The notes under the pieces were generated by a model that saw only the letters and a program-made list of their open reading frames with translations, made no database searches and had not been told where the DNA came from. A DNA stretch of 64,000 nt from Cycas panzhihuaensis. Lineage: Eukaryota; Plantae; Cycadophyta. Of the stretch, positions 1-14,708 are shown piece after piece; positions within the stretch are counted from its first letter, which is position 1; each line of letters opens with the position of its first letter. The DNA is taken from assembly GCA_023213395.1 (NCBI GenBank), contig CM041465.1:175653741-175717740 (forward strand). Direction: 5' to 3'. The position numbers were made by a program, and so were the translations under genes.

Positions 1-1065
1 GTATTTTAATAAGAGAAATTGTATTTTTTAGTTAAGAAAAATAAAACCTTCTTCAGAAGTTAGGCATTTCTGAGATATTATTTTTGAAGGATACAAAGCT
101 CTAAAACCAATTTATCTTGCTATTGAATTAACACTTAATTAAGAATAGAAATTGATAGAGCTTGAAGAAAAAGATATAAAAGCACTAATTTATCTTCTCT
201 ATTTTGGAAGATAATATATACTCTTAAGTATATCATGCTACTAGTTCAAACCAAGCATGGGATATTTTGGAATCTATTTATGCTATAGATGTTTTGAAGA
301 AAGATAGTGATTATTGAAGATAAAACAAGTCTAAAAATATTAAAGAACCTATAAACCCATTTGCCCATTTTAGAGGAACATTCATAAGACCAAAGTTTAA
401 AGGTAGTAATATAAGTGATTCTTAAGCAAACACAAAAGTCCATGATGTAAGAGTATTTCAAAAACCTAAAGAAAAGGTATACTGAGAAAAAAAGAACATG
501 GTCGATAAAATTGTTGATGAATTTACTATTGTTGAATACACTACTAAATTTACTATTGATGAGATTACTACTATTGAGAATGTTGAATGTGATGAAGTTA
601 TTACTAAAGAATCAAGTGATGGTTCTGATTATTTAAATGATGAGAATAATATATAAGTTGATGAATTCAAATAGGTTGAGATTGAGTCCAATCTAGGAAA
701 TATTCTTATAATCCAAAATGATCAAGATGCACTAGAAGTTAGAATAAAAGTTATTAAAACAACTTACTCGATAGAGATACTATGAGACCCACATTAAATA
801 ATTTACTTGATTACATCTACAGAGATTCAATATGATTTTGAAAATGCTATACAATCAATGAACAAATTAGATTTACAAAGAAAAATAAAGTATATCAACA
901 CCAAATATCATTACTTTAGTCAAGAGTTAATACAAGAAAGACAAGTTAAAGATCAAGATCAAATTAAAAACCACGTATTAGATATAATTTTAAAGAAATT
1001 TCCAAAGATTAGGAATTGGAAATTCAAATGAATATTTATATACCAAAATGTGCATTAAGGGGGAG
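1..1065 (+). mobile_element. 3' part of a condensed non-autonomous Ty1/copia derivative (gag remnant, acidic linker, RNase H tail, PPT)
   Basis: ~190-285 reads SILEDNIYS*VYHATSSNQAWDILESIYA (copia gag UBN2-like). ORF 807-1031 resembles the copia RNase H C-terminus (RKIKYINTKYHY vs RTKHIDIKYHF). PPT ttaagggggag at 1055-1065. Confidence 0.65.
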
Positions 1066-1428
1066 TGTTAGAATATTAAAATATTAGAGAAAATAAGGGC
1101 ATAATTAGTTGATATATATTTATCTATGTAAAATCCAAAAATGGTGGACCCTACACTAAAGATAAATTCTACTAAATTCGACTATATAAGGACATCAATA
1201 GGACATGAGATGATATTGTTGGAGTATTAATATTTTATCCTAAATTTTATACTAAAGTGTCTCTTATGTAAATTAAGGGTTATGTGTCATAGCTCCTTTT
1301 CTATTTTAAAATGACACTTATCATAGATATACCGAGTCTCTTATGTAAATCAATTGTATATAAGAGAGAGAAACTCTCTCTCATGAATTAATAATAATCA
1401 TTCTCTTTCTGTAATATGGTTTTTAGCA
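1066..1428 (+). repeat. Copia-type LTR (TG...CA)
   Basis: Starts tgttagaat directly after the PPT, ends ttttagca, followed by PBS-like tagtatcataac (1429-1440; canonical tggtatcagagc). Confidence 0.6.
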
Positions 1429-2902
1429 TAGTATCATAACAAGTCTAATAATAAGTTAGACAAAGATAACAAACACTATTTTTTTTTTCAACTAAATAAG
1501 AAGCAAGGTGACAAGGATTTGAAGGGAAAAGATAATATTCTGAAGAAAGAAAATAACATATTTTGAAGAAAGGATGACATTGTATGGAACAATATGGCCT
1601 TGCATAGTTGAAAAAATTAAACTATTCAAAATGACATGAAATTTTACCAACGGAGACATTTCAAGGAGTAGAGTTTAATGTCCAAAAGGACCATCTATAA
1701 AATCTACCTTAATAAGTGGGAAATTATGAAAAATTTAGGGTATAAGATTAAAGCTTCTATTGTAAATTTCTCATAGTTCTCTCTTCTTTAGTCATAGTAA
1801 GTGGTTTTAAAATCTTCCTTAGACAATAATCTTTCTATCAAGTATAATATTACAAAATTTAGCTAGAAATGTTTTGAGTTATGAATAAATATATTAAATA
1901 AACCCTAGCCACTCATCTTCCTTTTGAGTAAATTTTCTCTCAATCTAGAAAGGCTTTTTAAAAATTGACTTTAGATTCCTATATATAATATAAAGATCTA
2001 CCTTTTGAGGGGGTTACCTTTTAAATCCATAGAACTACATTTTTCTTATACATCTATATGATTGTACAAATTTAATCTATCATATATAATGAAAATTTTC
2101 TATTTATAGTTCTTTTTATAATTTATTATAAAATAGATTTAATTTACTCTTTGAGTGAGTTAGACAAGTTAATTGGTTATAATTATGTATCATGGAAAAT
2201 TAAAATGAAAGGAATTTTAGTTATAAAAAACATATGGGACATTATCATAGAAAAAGAAAAGAAAAAAAACTAGTTCCTAGAGATACTGTAAAACTTACTA
2301 GTTGGGAGGAAAGGGATAGGCTAGTACTACCTATTATCACTCTATCCATAAATGACCCTATTTTGACTCCTATTAGTGAAGCCTCCTCTTTAATTAAAGC
2401 CTATAAATCTCTTGCATCCCTATATAATTAGAAAAATGAAGCTTGTATCATTACTCTTAGGGAGTAGTTATATCATCTTCACTTAAGGGAAGGTGAACAA
2501 GTTTTTGATTTTATCACCAAATTAGTGGAAATCAAAGATAATCTTACTTTTGTAGGTAAGAATATATCATATACGAAAATTATTCACTTGGTGTTGAATA
2601 AACTACCAAAATCATTTAACAATCTAGTAAATACACTTACTATAGGATGATAAGCCAATAACATATCATTTGATATCTTATGCTAACATCTTCTCTAATA
2701 AGAGTAGAGGATACAAAGGTATGAGAAAAAAATAGAAGTCAAAGGGGTATTTATCTTTAGACTAAAAATAAAAGAATGAGAAAGAGGAACAAGAGGAAGA
2801 TCAATAGATATAAGAGTCGGTAGAGAAAGATTCATTAAGGGGAGGTCAGTGTTTGGTAGAGGAAGATCAACAGACACTCGGTATATTATGAATATGGCAA
2901 AT
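1429..2902 (+). mobile_element. Ty1/copia 5' leader and gag pseudogene, interrupted in the zinc knuckle
   Basis: ORF 2234-2431 WEERDRLVLPIITLSINDPIL...SLASLYN is UBN2/gag-like. RG-rich tract at ~2780-2870, then a decayed CYECGK knuckle start (tattatgaatatggcaaat) cut by the next LTR. Confidence 0.7.
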
Positions 2903-5394
2903 TGATAGGATACTAATCCTTCAATGACAACTAACACACAAATATAAAATACATATAACACTAAAATAAGAGCACTTGTATTATAGTACCCTTTAAGGGG
3001 GAAACCTCCTAATTATTTACAATAACAATGATCTTCAAAGATAATTTCCTATAAGGATTGCATGAATATATATAGGCTTTATGGTTACTACACAACCTCC
3101 TACTTATACATGTGAGATATTAAGAAGAGAGAAGAAGTAGAAGATATAAGAGAGTATAAGAGAAGGTAAGCTAGGGGTTGGGTCCCTAATAAGCCCATCA
3201 CTCCACAGCTCCTCCCCCCCCCAACCCCCCAACTTAAAAAAACTTTGCCCTCAAAGCTCGTTGATCTTAAGATATTCTTAGATAAATTACTCATTCTCCC
3301 AAGTTGCATTTTATTATGGGATTTGTTTCTATTTAATGAGATATTGAATGATTTACTTAGATCATAGATTACAAACTCTTCTATTAATAATGTATTCTAG
3401 AATGAGTTGAAGTTACCCCTCCTCATTTAATAGAGGTAGTTCAATTTAAACTTATACTTGTTATTTAATAAACCTCTTGAGATATGAAACATAGAAAATA
3501 TTATAAACCCATGATTGTGGTGGTAAATCTAAGGCATATATAAATTCATCAATCTTCCTAAGGATTTTGTAAAGTCTATAGAGTTGGGCTTATAATTTAT
3601 ACTACCCATCCTTTTTTAGAGAGATTTTCTTATATGATTGTAACCATAAATATACTTTATCACTTGGTTGGAATGTTCATTCACTTCACCTTTTATTTGC
3701 TTATTATTTCTTTTGATTCTGTATGAGGTGAAGATTATAATTAAGTATCTTAAGGACCTCTCTGTTTGGTGGATGTGCTCCTTGACTCCTAAACCTTAGA
3801 GTTGATTATGGCATACTATTTTATTATGGGAAGTTCATAGCCATATAATGCTTGAAATATAGTCATTCTTGCTCATGCATGATATGTTGTATTATACCCC
3901 TATTTTGCTAAGGGAAGCCAATGGTGCTATTTCGCCCACTTGTCTCAAGCATAATAATGAAGGTATCATTTAAGGCACTTATTTACCACCTTAATTTGAC
4001 CATTTATTTGTGGATGGTAGGAAGAGCCCATGGTTAGTTTGGTATCAAGTAGCTGGAAAGTTCTATCTAGAAGTTGCTCATGAATTTATAGTCTTAATCA
4101 CTGACTATGTATTTGGGCATGCCATATAACTTATATATCTCCTTTAAAAGGATTTAAGAAAATTGTTTTGATTTATATATGGCTTGGATGTTGCAAAAAT
4201 GAGTATATTTGGTTATCCTATCAATGACTATGAGAATGACACCTTGTCCTTCTAACTTAGGGAACCTTACAACAAAGTGCATGGAAATTTCTTTCCATCT
4301 TTAATTTGGTATGTGTAGAGGTTGCAATAGTCATGGGTCCTTAACTATTTCTACCTTATGTCATTGAAAAATTTCACAGAAGGCCATATATCTCTTTATA
4401 TCCCCTTTTTGGCCCATCCAGAAGAAAGGTTGTTTTAAGTAGTGGTATGTTCGTAGGAAACTTAGTGACCTATTTTTATGGAAGCATGTGTATCATATAA
4501 AATTTGCTCCTTGAGGCTAGATTATATATATATATATGGAAGCATGTGCATCATACAAAATATGCTCCTTAAGGCTAGATCATATATATATAATTCTTGT
4601 ACCAAAGGATATTTCTAGACCATGTTTAGTAGGTTGAGTTCCTTACTCTAACTTAAAGGTCTTAAATTATTTACTTTGTAATGGGGTCTTATTCCCATTC
4701 TTGCCTAGTGACCTCTATCTAAGAAGGGTTAACTATAGTTATAGAGGATAGTAGTAATCCTTCTTCCTTGTGGGATAAAATATTAACCACTATATTATCC
4801 TTACATTTTTTATAGAGTATTTCAAAGTCAAAGGCTTGCATATTTGTGATCCATTTTTTTTGTTTCTCAAATGTTATCCTTTGATCTATAAAATATTTCA
4901 AGTTATCATGGTCTATTTTTATTTGGAAATATGCCCTTATTAAGTATTATTGTGATTTCCTAACAACATGGATAATTATTAACATTTCCTTCTCATAGGG
5001 GGATTTGACTTGATCCTTAGTTGTAAGTTATGAACTTTTAAAGACTAGAGGTTTTCCTTCTTGCATTAAGATCACTCTAATACCTTACCCTAATGCATCA
5101 AATTCAATGGTGAATGTCTTTATAAAGTTTAGTATCACTAGGAATAAAGTGCTAGTTAATGATATCTTTAATTGGTTGTGTGCTTTAGAGGCTTTATCAT
5201 TCTAGTGAAAGGAATCCTTTTTTAACAAGTTGATTAAAGGGAAAGCAACTCTTATATAATCTTGAATAAACTTTCAATAATACCCTATGATTCCTAAGAA
5301 TCTAAGAAGGCCCTTGGTGTTTTTAGGTTCAAGCTAATTTGTTATAACTAAAATTTTCTTAGGATCCACCTTAACTTCTTCTCAAGAGATAATA
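2903..5394 (-). mobile_element. Ty3/gypsy chromovirus A: 3' LTR (2903-3207), PPT, chromodomain, integrase, RNase H, RT end; 5' half not seen
   Basis: C-rich PPT complement 3208-3230. Chromodomain remnant LIK*KQIP**NATWENE at ~3280-3340. ORF 4719-4901 QKKWITNMQAFDFEILYKKCKDNIV (RNase H end). RT motif IIS*EEVKVDPKKI at ~5350-5394. Confidence 0.8.
4478..4592. repeat. ~58-bp tandem duplication ending in (AT)n, inside element A pol
   Basis: atggaagcatgtgYatcataYaaaatWtgctccttRaggctagatYatatatata occurs at 4478 and 4536. Confidence 0.85.
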
Positions 5395-7119
5395 TGAAGC
5401 ATTTCTTCTCGAGTTTATCCTTGTAAATTAGATAGAAGGAGAGTAAATAGAGTACTTTATTAACTTAAGAGGCTAATATTATAGAATAACACACACAATG
5501 GATACTTAAAGAGCATTAAAGGGGAGTACTAAAGCACCTTCTCTTAAGAAATGTAAATAATGAATGACTATTACAAGTAAGCTCTACCCCTTAAATAGAT
5601 AGAAAGAGGGTTAATCTTTAGCAATCTTGTTAGTGGCCCTAATGGCCTTACGTGTTATTGGTGGGCATAATAGCCTGCACAAAAAGCTTAATAGTTAATA
5701 TCAATACATAATCCTTAATGATTATTCCATGGTGGTGCCTCTTCCACTTAAGAGAATATGTTACATTACAGGTCCCCCCCTTTAAGATGTTAAGCCTCTA
5801 AAGTATTAGAGATGAGGGTGTTATTGGATGAACTCTTTATATTCCTAGGTTGCTTCATCTATATCACGATCGACCTATTGTATCATATGCTAAAAAATAA
5901 TGTAATTTCATAGGTGATGCTGATGATTAGCGAGGATTCAATCTAGTAAGATGGTAAGGTGTTGTTCATCATTGAGGATGGGTATGGTGGTATGGGGTGT
6001 AACTTTTTTTCTAAGACTTTTTAGGTAGGAGACATAAAAAACATTATGGATATTAGTGTCTTAGGGAAGTTTAAGGGCATAAGTAACTTCACCAATCTTT
6101 TAGAGTACTTTATATGGACCATACTATTACGAGCTTAAATTCTAGCCTTGATGAGACTTAAGGGAGTATTATTTATATGGTTAGAGGTGGAGGAATATGA
6201 GATCTCTAATGTCAAATGATAGATTAAACCAATGGTAGTTAACAAGTTGCTTTATACAGTTTTGTGGAATGGCCAAGTTTTATCAAAGGTGATCAAAGAT
6301 TTTGTCTATCACCTAAATCTTTTATTGGGCTAAGGTAGTCTAGAGATTAGTAGCTAGGGTATGGTGTGAAGGGGGGTGATAACTGTATAAGACTAAAAAT
6401 AGGGGCATGCTAATGGCTGAGTGGTGAGAAAAGTTGTACCAATATTCTATTAGGGAAGACCAGGAAGTCCACTTAATTTGGTGTTTATAGGTGAAACAAT
6501 AGAGGTATGTTTCTAGAGTTTTGTTCAAGACCTTAGATTAACCACCTGTTTGAGGATGAAAAGAATAACTCATGTTGAATGTGGTTCCTATGACTTTAAA
6601 GAGATCTTCCAAAAGGAGCTAGTAAACTTGGGATCTTAATCATAAATGGAAGTTGAGGGAAATCTATGAAGGTAAAAAGTAAAGTAGATATAGATGTCAT
6701 CAAGATAAAAAGATGCATAAGAAGTGTGTACTAGGAGGAAGTGTGAATACTTGGTTATTCTATCAATGACCACCTAAATAGAGTCAAAACTAGTAGATAA
6801 GGATAGGCTTATGATCAAATCGATGGCAATATCCTACCATTTACCTTGTAGAATATGGAGTGGTTAAAGGAGTCTTGGGAGGGCTTTGGTGTCTACTTTG
6901 TTCTGTTGACAAATATCGCATTTTGATACAAAGATAAAGATGTTGGGTTTCATACAGGGCCAAAAAAATCTGCACGAATATGTCTGTAAGTTTTATCAAA
7001 GCTTGAGTGGTCCCTTAGGGGTATATAGTGCTATTCAATTAAAATTTGAGGAATGAATGAGGAGGAGGGATGTACAAAAATGTGATTCTAAAATAACATC
7101 TGGTTGTTATAGGTTGACC

Positions 7120-7456
7120 TATTAAAATTATAATGGCATCTTATTATTTGTATTGTGCTTCATATAATTATTAAACTTAATGTTATTAATCCTAATTTAA
7201 GGTCATAAACCCCCCATTTGTTGCATAACAAGCCAATAATATGTGACTAATGTAAATGGAGTAATATTAGTCCATTTACAAATATAACCATGTCCTCTCC
7301 ATTTACATGTTGAGCATTGATTAGAGTTGAAACTTTGTCAAAATCATTCTGAAGGTTTTAATAAATTTAATTCATCCATATTCTATTTTATGTGTATGTT
7401 GTGTTATAAGAGATTAAGATCTTATTATTCATATTAGATTAATTCAAATATTCACA
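7120..7456 (+). repeat. 5' LTR of copia C
   Basis: Aligns end to end with 13758-14086, mostly by transitions. Confidence 0.9.
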
Positions 7457-9499
7457 TTTGGTATTAGATAAGTTCTCTTATACACATTCAATCTATTATA
7501 GGGCTATCATCGCATTGAGTGGACTTGGTTTAGTCCATGGTGGAGAAATAAGACCCCATTTGCCCCAATTTGAGTCCATTTTTTGACCATTTGAGAAAGT
7601 GTTCTCCTCTATTTTGAAATTATCTAATTCATTTGAAAAGTCTACTCATCTTCATTTAACTGCTCTATTGTGAGGGCCCACTTGATTCCATTAGAGTTTA
7701 TGCCTATCCCTATTCATCTTACCTCTATGTTTGTTAGTGTGATTACCTCCTTTCACATGGCAATGAGACACCCATTCTAGGTTATGCTAATTTTTTTTGT
7801 AGATTTAGAATCAACCTACTATTTATATTATCATCTCAAAGGATCTTGAAATCTTCAATAGTTAAGGGAATACCCTAAAGAAGAAAATATTCTATAGTTT
7901 CCAACACTCTTAAATCTTATAGAGGAATATTTGCTTGGCACTAAGGATGTTAAAACCTTGAGAGGCTCATTGGGTTTATCATTACCATCATCAGGGGGTA
8001 TGTTTTTGCACCCATATTTATTTTTATGGGGTGTGCTAATTCATTAGCAAGAATAATCTTGATCTGTCTGAATACTCATCCCTAGTACTTCCTTTAGAGG
8101 CTGAGAATGTTGCCTTACCATTTCCTCCACTTTGCCACTGAGCTCTCCTTATGTTGCCTCTTCTTGGTCAACTCTCTAGCCAATGATCTACCTCCATATC
8201 ACTTGCTAGCTCACCCAAGTATGCTAATTCAAACATGAGGATAAAAATGAGAAATTTTAGAGAAATCTAGTTGTTTTTTATAGAGATTTTATTGCTAGAG
8301 GTCACTTGATTAATTGTCAAATCTTTGGATTTTTCGACCTTAATAGATATTTTTCTTATAAAGTTTTTCCTTAATTTAACTTAATTAGATTTTTGGTTGG
8401 AGTTTGTGGAGTTTCTTATATTTTAGTGGGCAATTTTATGTTGCATAAATGTGATTAGGGACTACACTGCTAAAGTGGCTAAAGGCACAAGCAATCTTAA
8501 GGAGGTCTTGGCACTATTTTCATCATAACTTCTCAACTGAGAGTCTAATTTCTGAATTGTTTAAACCATTGGAATCCTAACTTAGAGCTCTTTAACTTGG
8601 ACATATTTTTTGCATATTTTGGATTTTTTTAGGCTCCTTAAATTTAATACGTTTACCTCATTTATTTTTCATATATCTTAAGGCATTCATCATTAATTAA
8701 GGGCTTTAATACATTCAAAGGGAGATTTTTCTCTTCTGTTACTTGTATTTCTTCATTAATTAAGAAGCATTTCTTACTTAAATTTTAAGCTAATGTGTGT
8801 GGCACTTTGTGGTTGTTGGTGCTCTTCTTGTGTAAGGAAGGTTACTTATCACTTGATAATAGTGGTCCATTCCAACTTAAGCACTCTAAACCCTTATACA
8901 TATTTTACTTTACTGGCTTTATTATTCATTATCTCCTTATTTATTTTTTTTGTTAATCATTAAAATTCAACTCTTTTATCTTTAATAAGACCATAATTAA
9001 AAGGAATTTCTACTCATAACATTAGAAAAGATAACTCATAAACTTAATTATTAGACTACCAATCCTTCAAGGGGAATGGTTAGGACCTCTAAAGTTATCA
9101 CTCCCACATATCTGTGTTACATGTACCTGGACAAGAAAGCAAGGGGAAAACTTGCTATAAGGTGTATTGAGCAATGGATTTAGGGGTTAAACCCTTCCTT
9201 GGAGTTTGGAGACCAGGCTAGACCTAAAGGAGGTGAGTGCTTTAGTTGTAGTCCTTTGTTAGATCTATCACTTGGCATAGATCTAAAATAGGTAGATAAA
9301 TAGTGTCAAGGGGACAACCAACCTTCTATGCTTATGTGCTAAGGTATATAAAGCTTAACTTACTTACATACTAATATATATTGAGTCCTTGGATTACCAT
9401 CTATAGGCACACATCACTAGGCAGAATAATAAACAAGGGCTTCTTGGAGGCGCTAAAACATTAGAATTCTAGCTTAATAGCCCATCAAGTAGCTAGTAC

Positions 9500-12400
9500 A
9501 TAAAATGATAGCATAAATATTAATATAAAATATAATCAAATTATTAGGAAGTAACAACTTTTTGGATTGGAAGAAATAAGTGAAACACCATCTAACTATG
9601 AATGTTTTTTGGGCATATATATCTCTAGAGATATACTAAAACCTATTTCTACTTACAACCTAAATGACCATAACATCATGATACCTCCAAACCCTGTTAC
9701 CCTTGATACCTTACAGTTAAGGACAATATAGCCATTTCCTTCCTTCACCTAGCCATGGAGGACAACAATGACCAAAACATAGAAATGATTAACTCCTCAC
9801 AAAAAAACATAGAGCACTATATGCTCCCTCTATGAAAGGGAGGATCACTCTAGTGCCTTTATATTAAAAGCATGCCTATATGCCATTTCCTTTATTAGTT
9901 TTATCCCATCTCATATGATTGAAGTGAAGTCTAGTAGAAATTAACTAAACACTCTTGGTGCCTCTCCCTCTAATCATGACCTTGTTGCTAATGTTATTAA
10001 TATCCTTTTTGTTGATTACAATAGTTTCATAGATCACCTATCTAAAGACTTTACTATAATAGATATTAACACCTTAGAAGTATTATTTCTTAAGGAAGGG
10101 ATTATCCTCAATTGTTAGGGAGTTACATCCTCTTCTAATATTGCTCCTACATTCGTAACTAGGAATCATGAGAGAAATCAACCTCAACAGTAGCTTCTAT
10201 CCCAATAGTTTGGTTCCATGAACTTGAACCAACCATCTCAATAGCCATAATAATTGAGAAACCAACAACAGAGACATAATGTTACCTACTTATATTATGG
10301 AAAACTTGGGGATGTCATTATAAATTACAAGTAAAGATAATTTAACCTGAAACTTATACCGAATTAATCTAGCTAATAAGGAGCATCATATCAACAGCAA
10401 AATAAAGGCTAAGGATAAGGTAGTAAATGACAATAACAAAGAGATCAACTTAGAAATCAAACTGAAGGTAATAATAATAATTTTCAACAAGCAGGCCATG
10501 TGGCCAATTCCCAGGCCAATTCAAAGAACCTATTTTGTACTGCTCTCTCTTCACATCATGAAGAGAATTCTTGGTTGATAGACTCTAGTGCCACACATCA
10601 CATGATTGTTATTGAAAAGCTTTTACAGGATACCATACCTACTAAGTCACAAACAATCATATTTGATGATAACCTTATGTATGATATGGTTAAGATTAGG
10701 AGAGATCTCATAGCCTTGAAGAATTTAGATATTAGACATCATATAAATAATGTCCTATATATTCTTGACATGAAATAAAATCTCCTCTCTGTGAGCTAGA
10801 TTAACAAGCAAAATATTGATGTCCTTCTTAGCCAAGGAACATATACTATTTTAGACCACTTAAACTAGTCAAATAGTTGCTACAAGTCATGAAGATAGTG
10901 GCTTATATAAACTTGATGGTATCCCTTTCTCTATTGATTCATGTGTCATAGTTCAGTCTTATTATTTTGATAAGGAAAAATAAATGATTTTAGAAGACCC
11001 CTTATTGAAGCACAAGATGATTACTCTTATAGTCAAGAGGACCTCTCACATAAATGTACCAAGAATCAACTATGGAATCAATGCCTTGGCCACTTAAACA
11101 TGTAGAGTCTCCATCTTACGTTTAGACTCAAAATGGTACATAGGTTATTTAAGATTAAGTAGAACAAATGCTTTTGTGAGGCATGCATATTCAACAAACA
11201 ACACAAGGAACCCTTTCCTTCTAAAAGAGCTTAGCATACAACTAAACCATTGGGTTTGGTTCACTCAGATATCTATGGATCCATGTAAATTCATTTACTT
11301 AATGGCAATTATACTTCATCACCTTCATTGGTGACTATTCTTGAAAAGTTTGTGTTGACTTTCTAAGGAGCAAATTTGAGGCCTTTGATAAATTCAAAGA
11401 CTTCAAAGCTTAAGTAGAGAATAAGTCTCGTATGGTAGATGTGAATATATGTCAAATTAGTTCAAGAGTTTTTACAAAAAACATGGCATCAAATATCAAT
11501 TCTCAGCCTTATAAACTCCTCAACAAAATGGTGTTCTAAGCATATGAACCAAACATTATTGAATAAGGCTAAAGTAATGGTTAAGGATGCTAACCTTGTT
11601 AATACATTTGGGATGAATCCATTCACACTGTGATTAACTTGATAAATAGGAGCTCAACTTTAATTGTGAGAGATAAGATACTTGAGGAGGCTTAGTCAAG
11701 CTAAAATCCTACTATCTCCACCTTCAAATATTTAGTTGTATGGCCTATAAATTTATTTCAAAGGAAAACAAGAAGAAGCTTGATGACAAAAGCCTCAAAT
11801 ACATTCTCGTAGGCTATGTACCTAGATGTAAAGCTTCCAAGGTATATGACCCTATTGGGATATAAGCATATGCATCTCAAGATGTCATATTTGAAGAAGA
11901 TAATCAAGACTTGGACTAATTTCAAATGTTGCTACTCCAAAAGTCCCTCTTAAAATAATTATAGGCCCTTCAACTACATCTGCCTCATATACTCCAAGTT
12001 TTTCATCTATTCCACCAACATCTATATCTGATTCTCTCTTGAAATCTACATTGCCATCATTAACATTGAAGAGGATCTAGTTAAAAGCATAAAAGAGCTT
12101 CCCAAGTGGTATTTCTAAGTGATGAAAGATGCCCCATCATCTCCAACAATGCCCATAAGGGAATCCAAGTTAAGGCACATAACAAACTTTACCTTAATGG
12201 CACAAGTTCTTAAAGCTTTTGAGCCTACCACCTTTGAGAAGGTAATCAAAGATCAAATATGGCAAGCCACTATGGATGAGGAGATGCATTTCACCCTTAA
12301 GGAAGACCCACAGGATCTCACTAAATTATCGTTCAGAAAGAAGCCAATTGATTGTCATTGGCTTTATTAAACCATCACATTGATGGATCCATTGAACACC

Positions 12401-13740
12401 ATAAAGCACACATTGTTGCTAAAGGATTTAAATAATAAGAAGTTATTAATTATGTTGAGACCTTTGATCCTATAGCCAATATGACAATGTTTCATTTGGT
12501 GATGTCATTAGCATCTTAGTTCAATTGTCCTATATATCAAATGCATGCCAAAAGTGTTTTTCTCAATAGGGACCTTTCTAAAGAAGTTTTCTTGAGATAA
12601 CCTCCTAGCTATGTTGTTCCTGGTAAAACACTTAGTTTACAAGATCAAGAAAGCCCTTTATGGACTCAAGTAGATACCTCACACCTGGTATGCTAAGATT
12701 GACACCTTCTTTATCAAGCATGAATTAATTCTTTCATCCCCTGATCTTAATCTATATATTAGGATTTGTAACAAAATTATTACTATTATTGTTCTCTATA
12801 TTGATGACTTGGTAATCATTGAAACAATGATGAAGGCATTTTTAGTCTCTAGTAGGAACTAAAAAGTAATTTCAAGATGACAAACCTTAGACTACTCCAT
12901 TACTTCCTTAGAATTAAAATGTGGCAAGAACTAGGACACATATTCTTTTCACAATCTAAATATGCAAATGAGCTCTTATAGAGACTAATAATGAGTGATT
13001 ACAAACCTTCACTAATACCCATAGAGACTAGAACAAATCTAATGATAGATAAATGAGATAAACCTTTTGATGTCATACTTTATAGATAGCTTGTGGGGAG
13101 TCTGATTTATCTTACTTATACTCCCAAGACATTTCATATGCAATTGAGATCTATTCAAGGTACATGCCACATCCCAAAATGTTACATTGAAAGTCTACCA
13201 CTAAGATTCTCAAATATATTCATGGCATGTTACAACTTAGACTTAATTATAAACAAGGTCATACTCCTATTTTAAAAGGATTTACAAATGCAAACTAGGC
13301 TAGTTGCCAAGATTATCACCATTTAACATCAGGTTACTATTTTAACATGAACTCAACCATTGTTTAGTGGAGTTATAAGAAATAACCTAATGTTTCACTA
13401 TCCTCCACTGAAGTAGAGTACAAAGTAATTATTCATACTACCACTAAGGTGATCTAGCTATACAAGTTTCTTACAAAACCTCATCTTAAAAAGACATAAG
13501 CCACACTTATATATTGTGACAATTACAATGTACTGAAGATGACTAGGAACCTTGTATTCTATGCATGTACTAAACAAATTGAGGTCCATTATCACTTCAT
13601 CTATGAACATGTGTAAGATAAAGAATTTGATCTAGTGTACTGGCCTACTAAAGACCAAGTTATAGACATCTTCAACAAAGCACTTAGCAAATAAAAGTTT
13701 AAAAGGTTTTGGCACAACCTTGGCATTATGATCAACGAAG
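9500..13740 (+). pseudogene. Copia gag-pol pseudogene (many stops and frameshifts)
   Basis: Recognisable PR, INT (LVHSDI), RT and RH motifs broken by TGG>TAG and CAA>TAA changes. Confidence 0.85.
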
Positions 13741-13757
13741 CTATTATTAAGGGAGGA

Positions 13758-14086
13758 TGTTGAAATTATAATGACATCTTATTATTCTGAATGTACTTTA
13801 TGTAATTATTCAACTTAATGTTGTTCATTCTACCTGCATAACAAGCCAATAACATGTGATTGATACAAGGTCCAATTATTTGTAAGAGGAGTAACATTGG
13901 GCCATCTATAAATATAGTCATGTTCTTCCCATTTATATGTTGAGTATTAATAAGAGTCAAAGCTCTATTAAAATTATTCTACATGTTTCAATAAATTTGA
14001 TTCTTTCATATTTTATTTTGTGTGCATGTCATGTTATAAGAGATTAAGATCTTGTTATTCATATTAGATTAATTATAATATGCACG
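13758..14086 (+). repeat. 3' LTR of copia C
   Basis: Starts tgttgaaatt after the PPT; followed by TSD tgacc. Confidence 0.9.
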
Positions 14087-14708
14087 TGACCAACCTTTCT
14101 AGGTGAGAGCGTTTTCACTTCAATGGGCATAATCAAGTTGAGACTGGTTTTTAGCCTATAATTTATCAAGCCAAATGGAGTGGGGCATTGATATAATGTG
14201 GATACTAGGGTTGAGAGAATTAGAATAAGGGTGTAGGAAAGAAAGGGCATCTGCAACCACGTTGTCTTTATCTTTCTTATAAGAGATTATGAAGTTAAAA
14301 ACCTATAGGCAGTTGATCCACTTAGCCTATTATTCTAATAAAACTAGTTGATCTAATAGATTATGGAGGCTACAATGCTCTATGAGGATAAGAAATTTTG
14401 ACTCCAAGAGGTATTAATGCCACTTATCCATAGTGTGTAGGATGGCTTATATTTCCTTTTAGTAAGTGGAGAGTTAGAGTTTGTGATCTTTTAATTTATG
14501 ACTTTCAAATATAATGGGGTGATAGTCTTGTATAAGAACTATGCTTAGATTGAAATCTAATGCATCACATTTAAGCTAGAATGGTTAGTTAAAGTTTGGG
14601 GTAATAAGGAGTATGATAGAAGTCATGACTACCTTGAGATAGGAGAAGGCAACTTCAACCTATAAAGACCATTGAAAGGAATCCTTATAGAGGAGGTTGG
14701 TTATAGGA

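Larger units (their letters stand above)
7120..14086 (+). mobile_element. Full-length degenerate Ty1/copia element C with TSD TGACC
   Basis: LTRs 7120-7456 and 13758-14086. PBS tggtattagata ~7459. PPT ttaagggagga 13747-13757. TSD tgacc at 7115-7119 and 14087-14091. Domain order gag, PR (SWLIDSSATHHM, ORF 10500-10778), INT, RT (ORF 12119-12370 EPTTFE...WQATMDEEM), RH. Confidence 0.93.
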
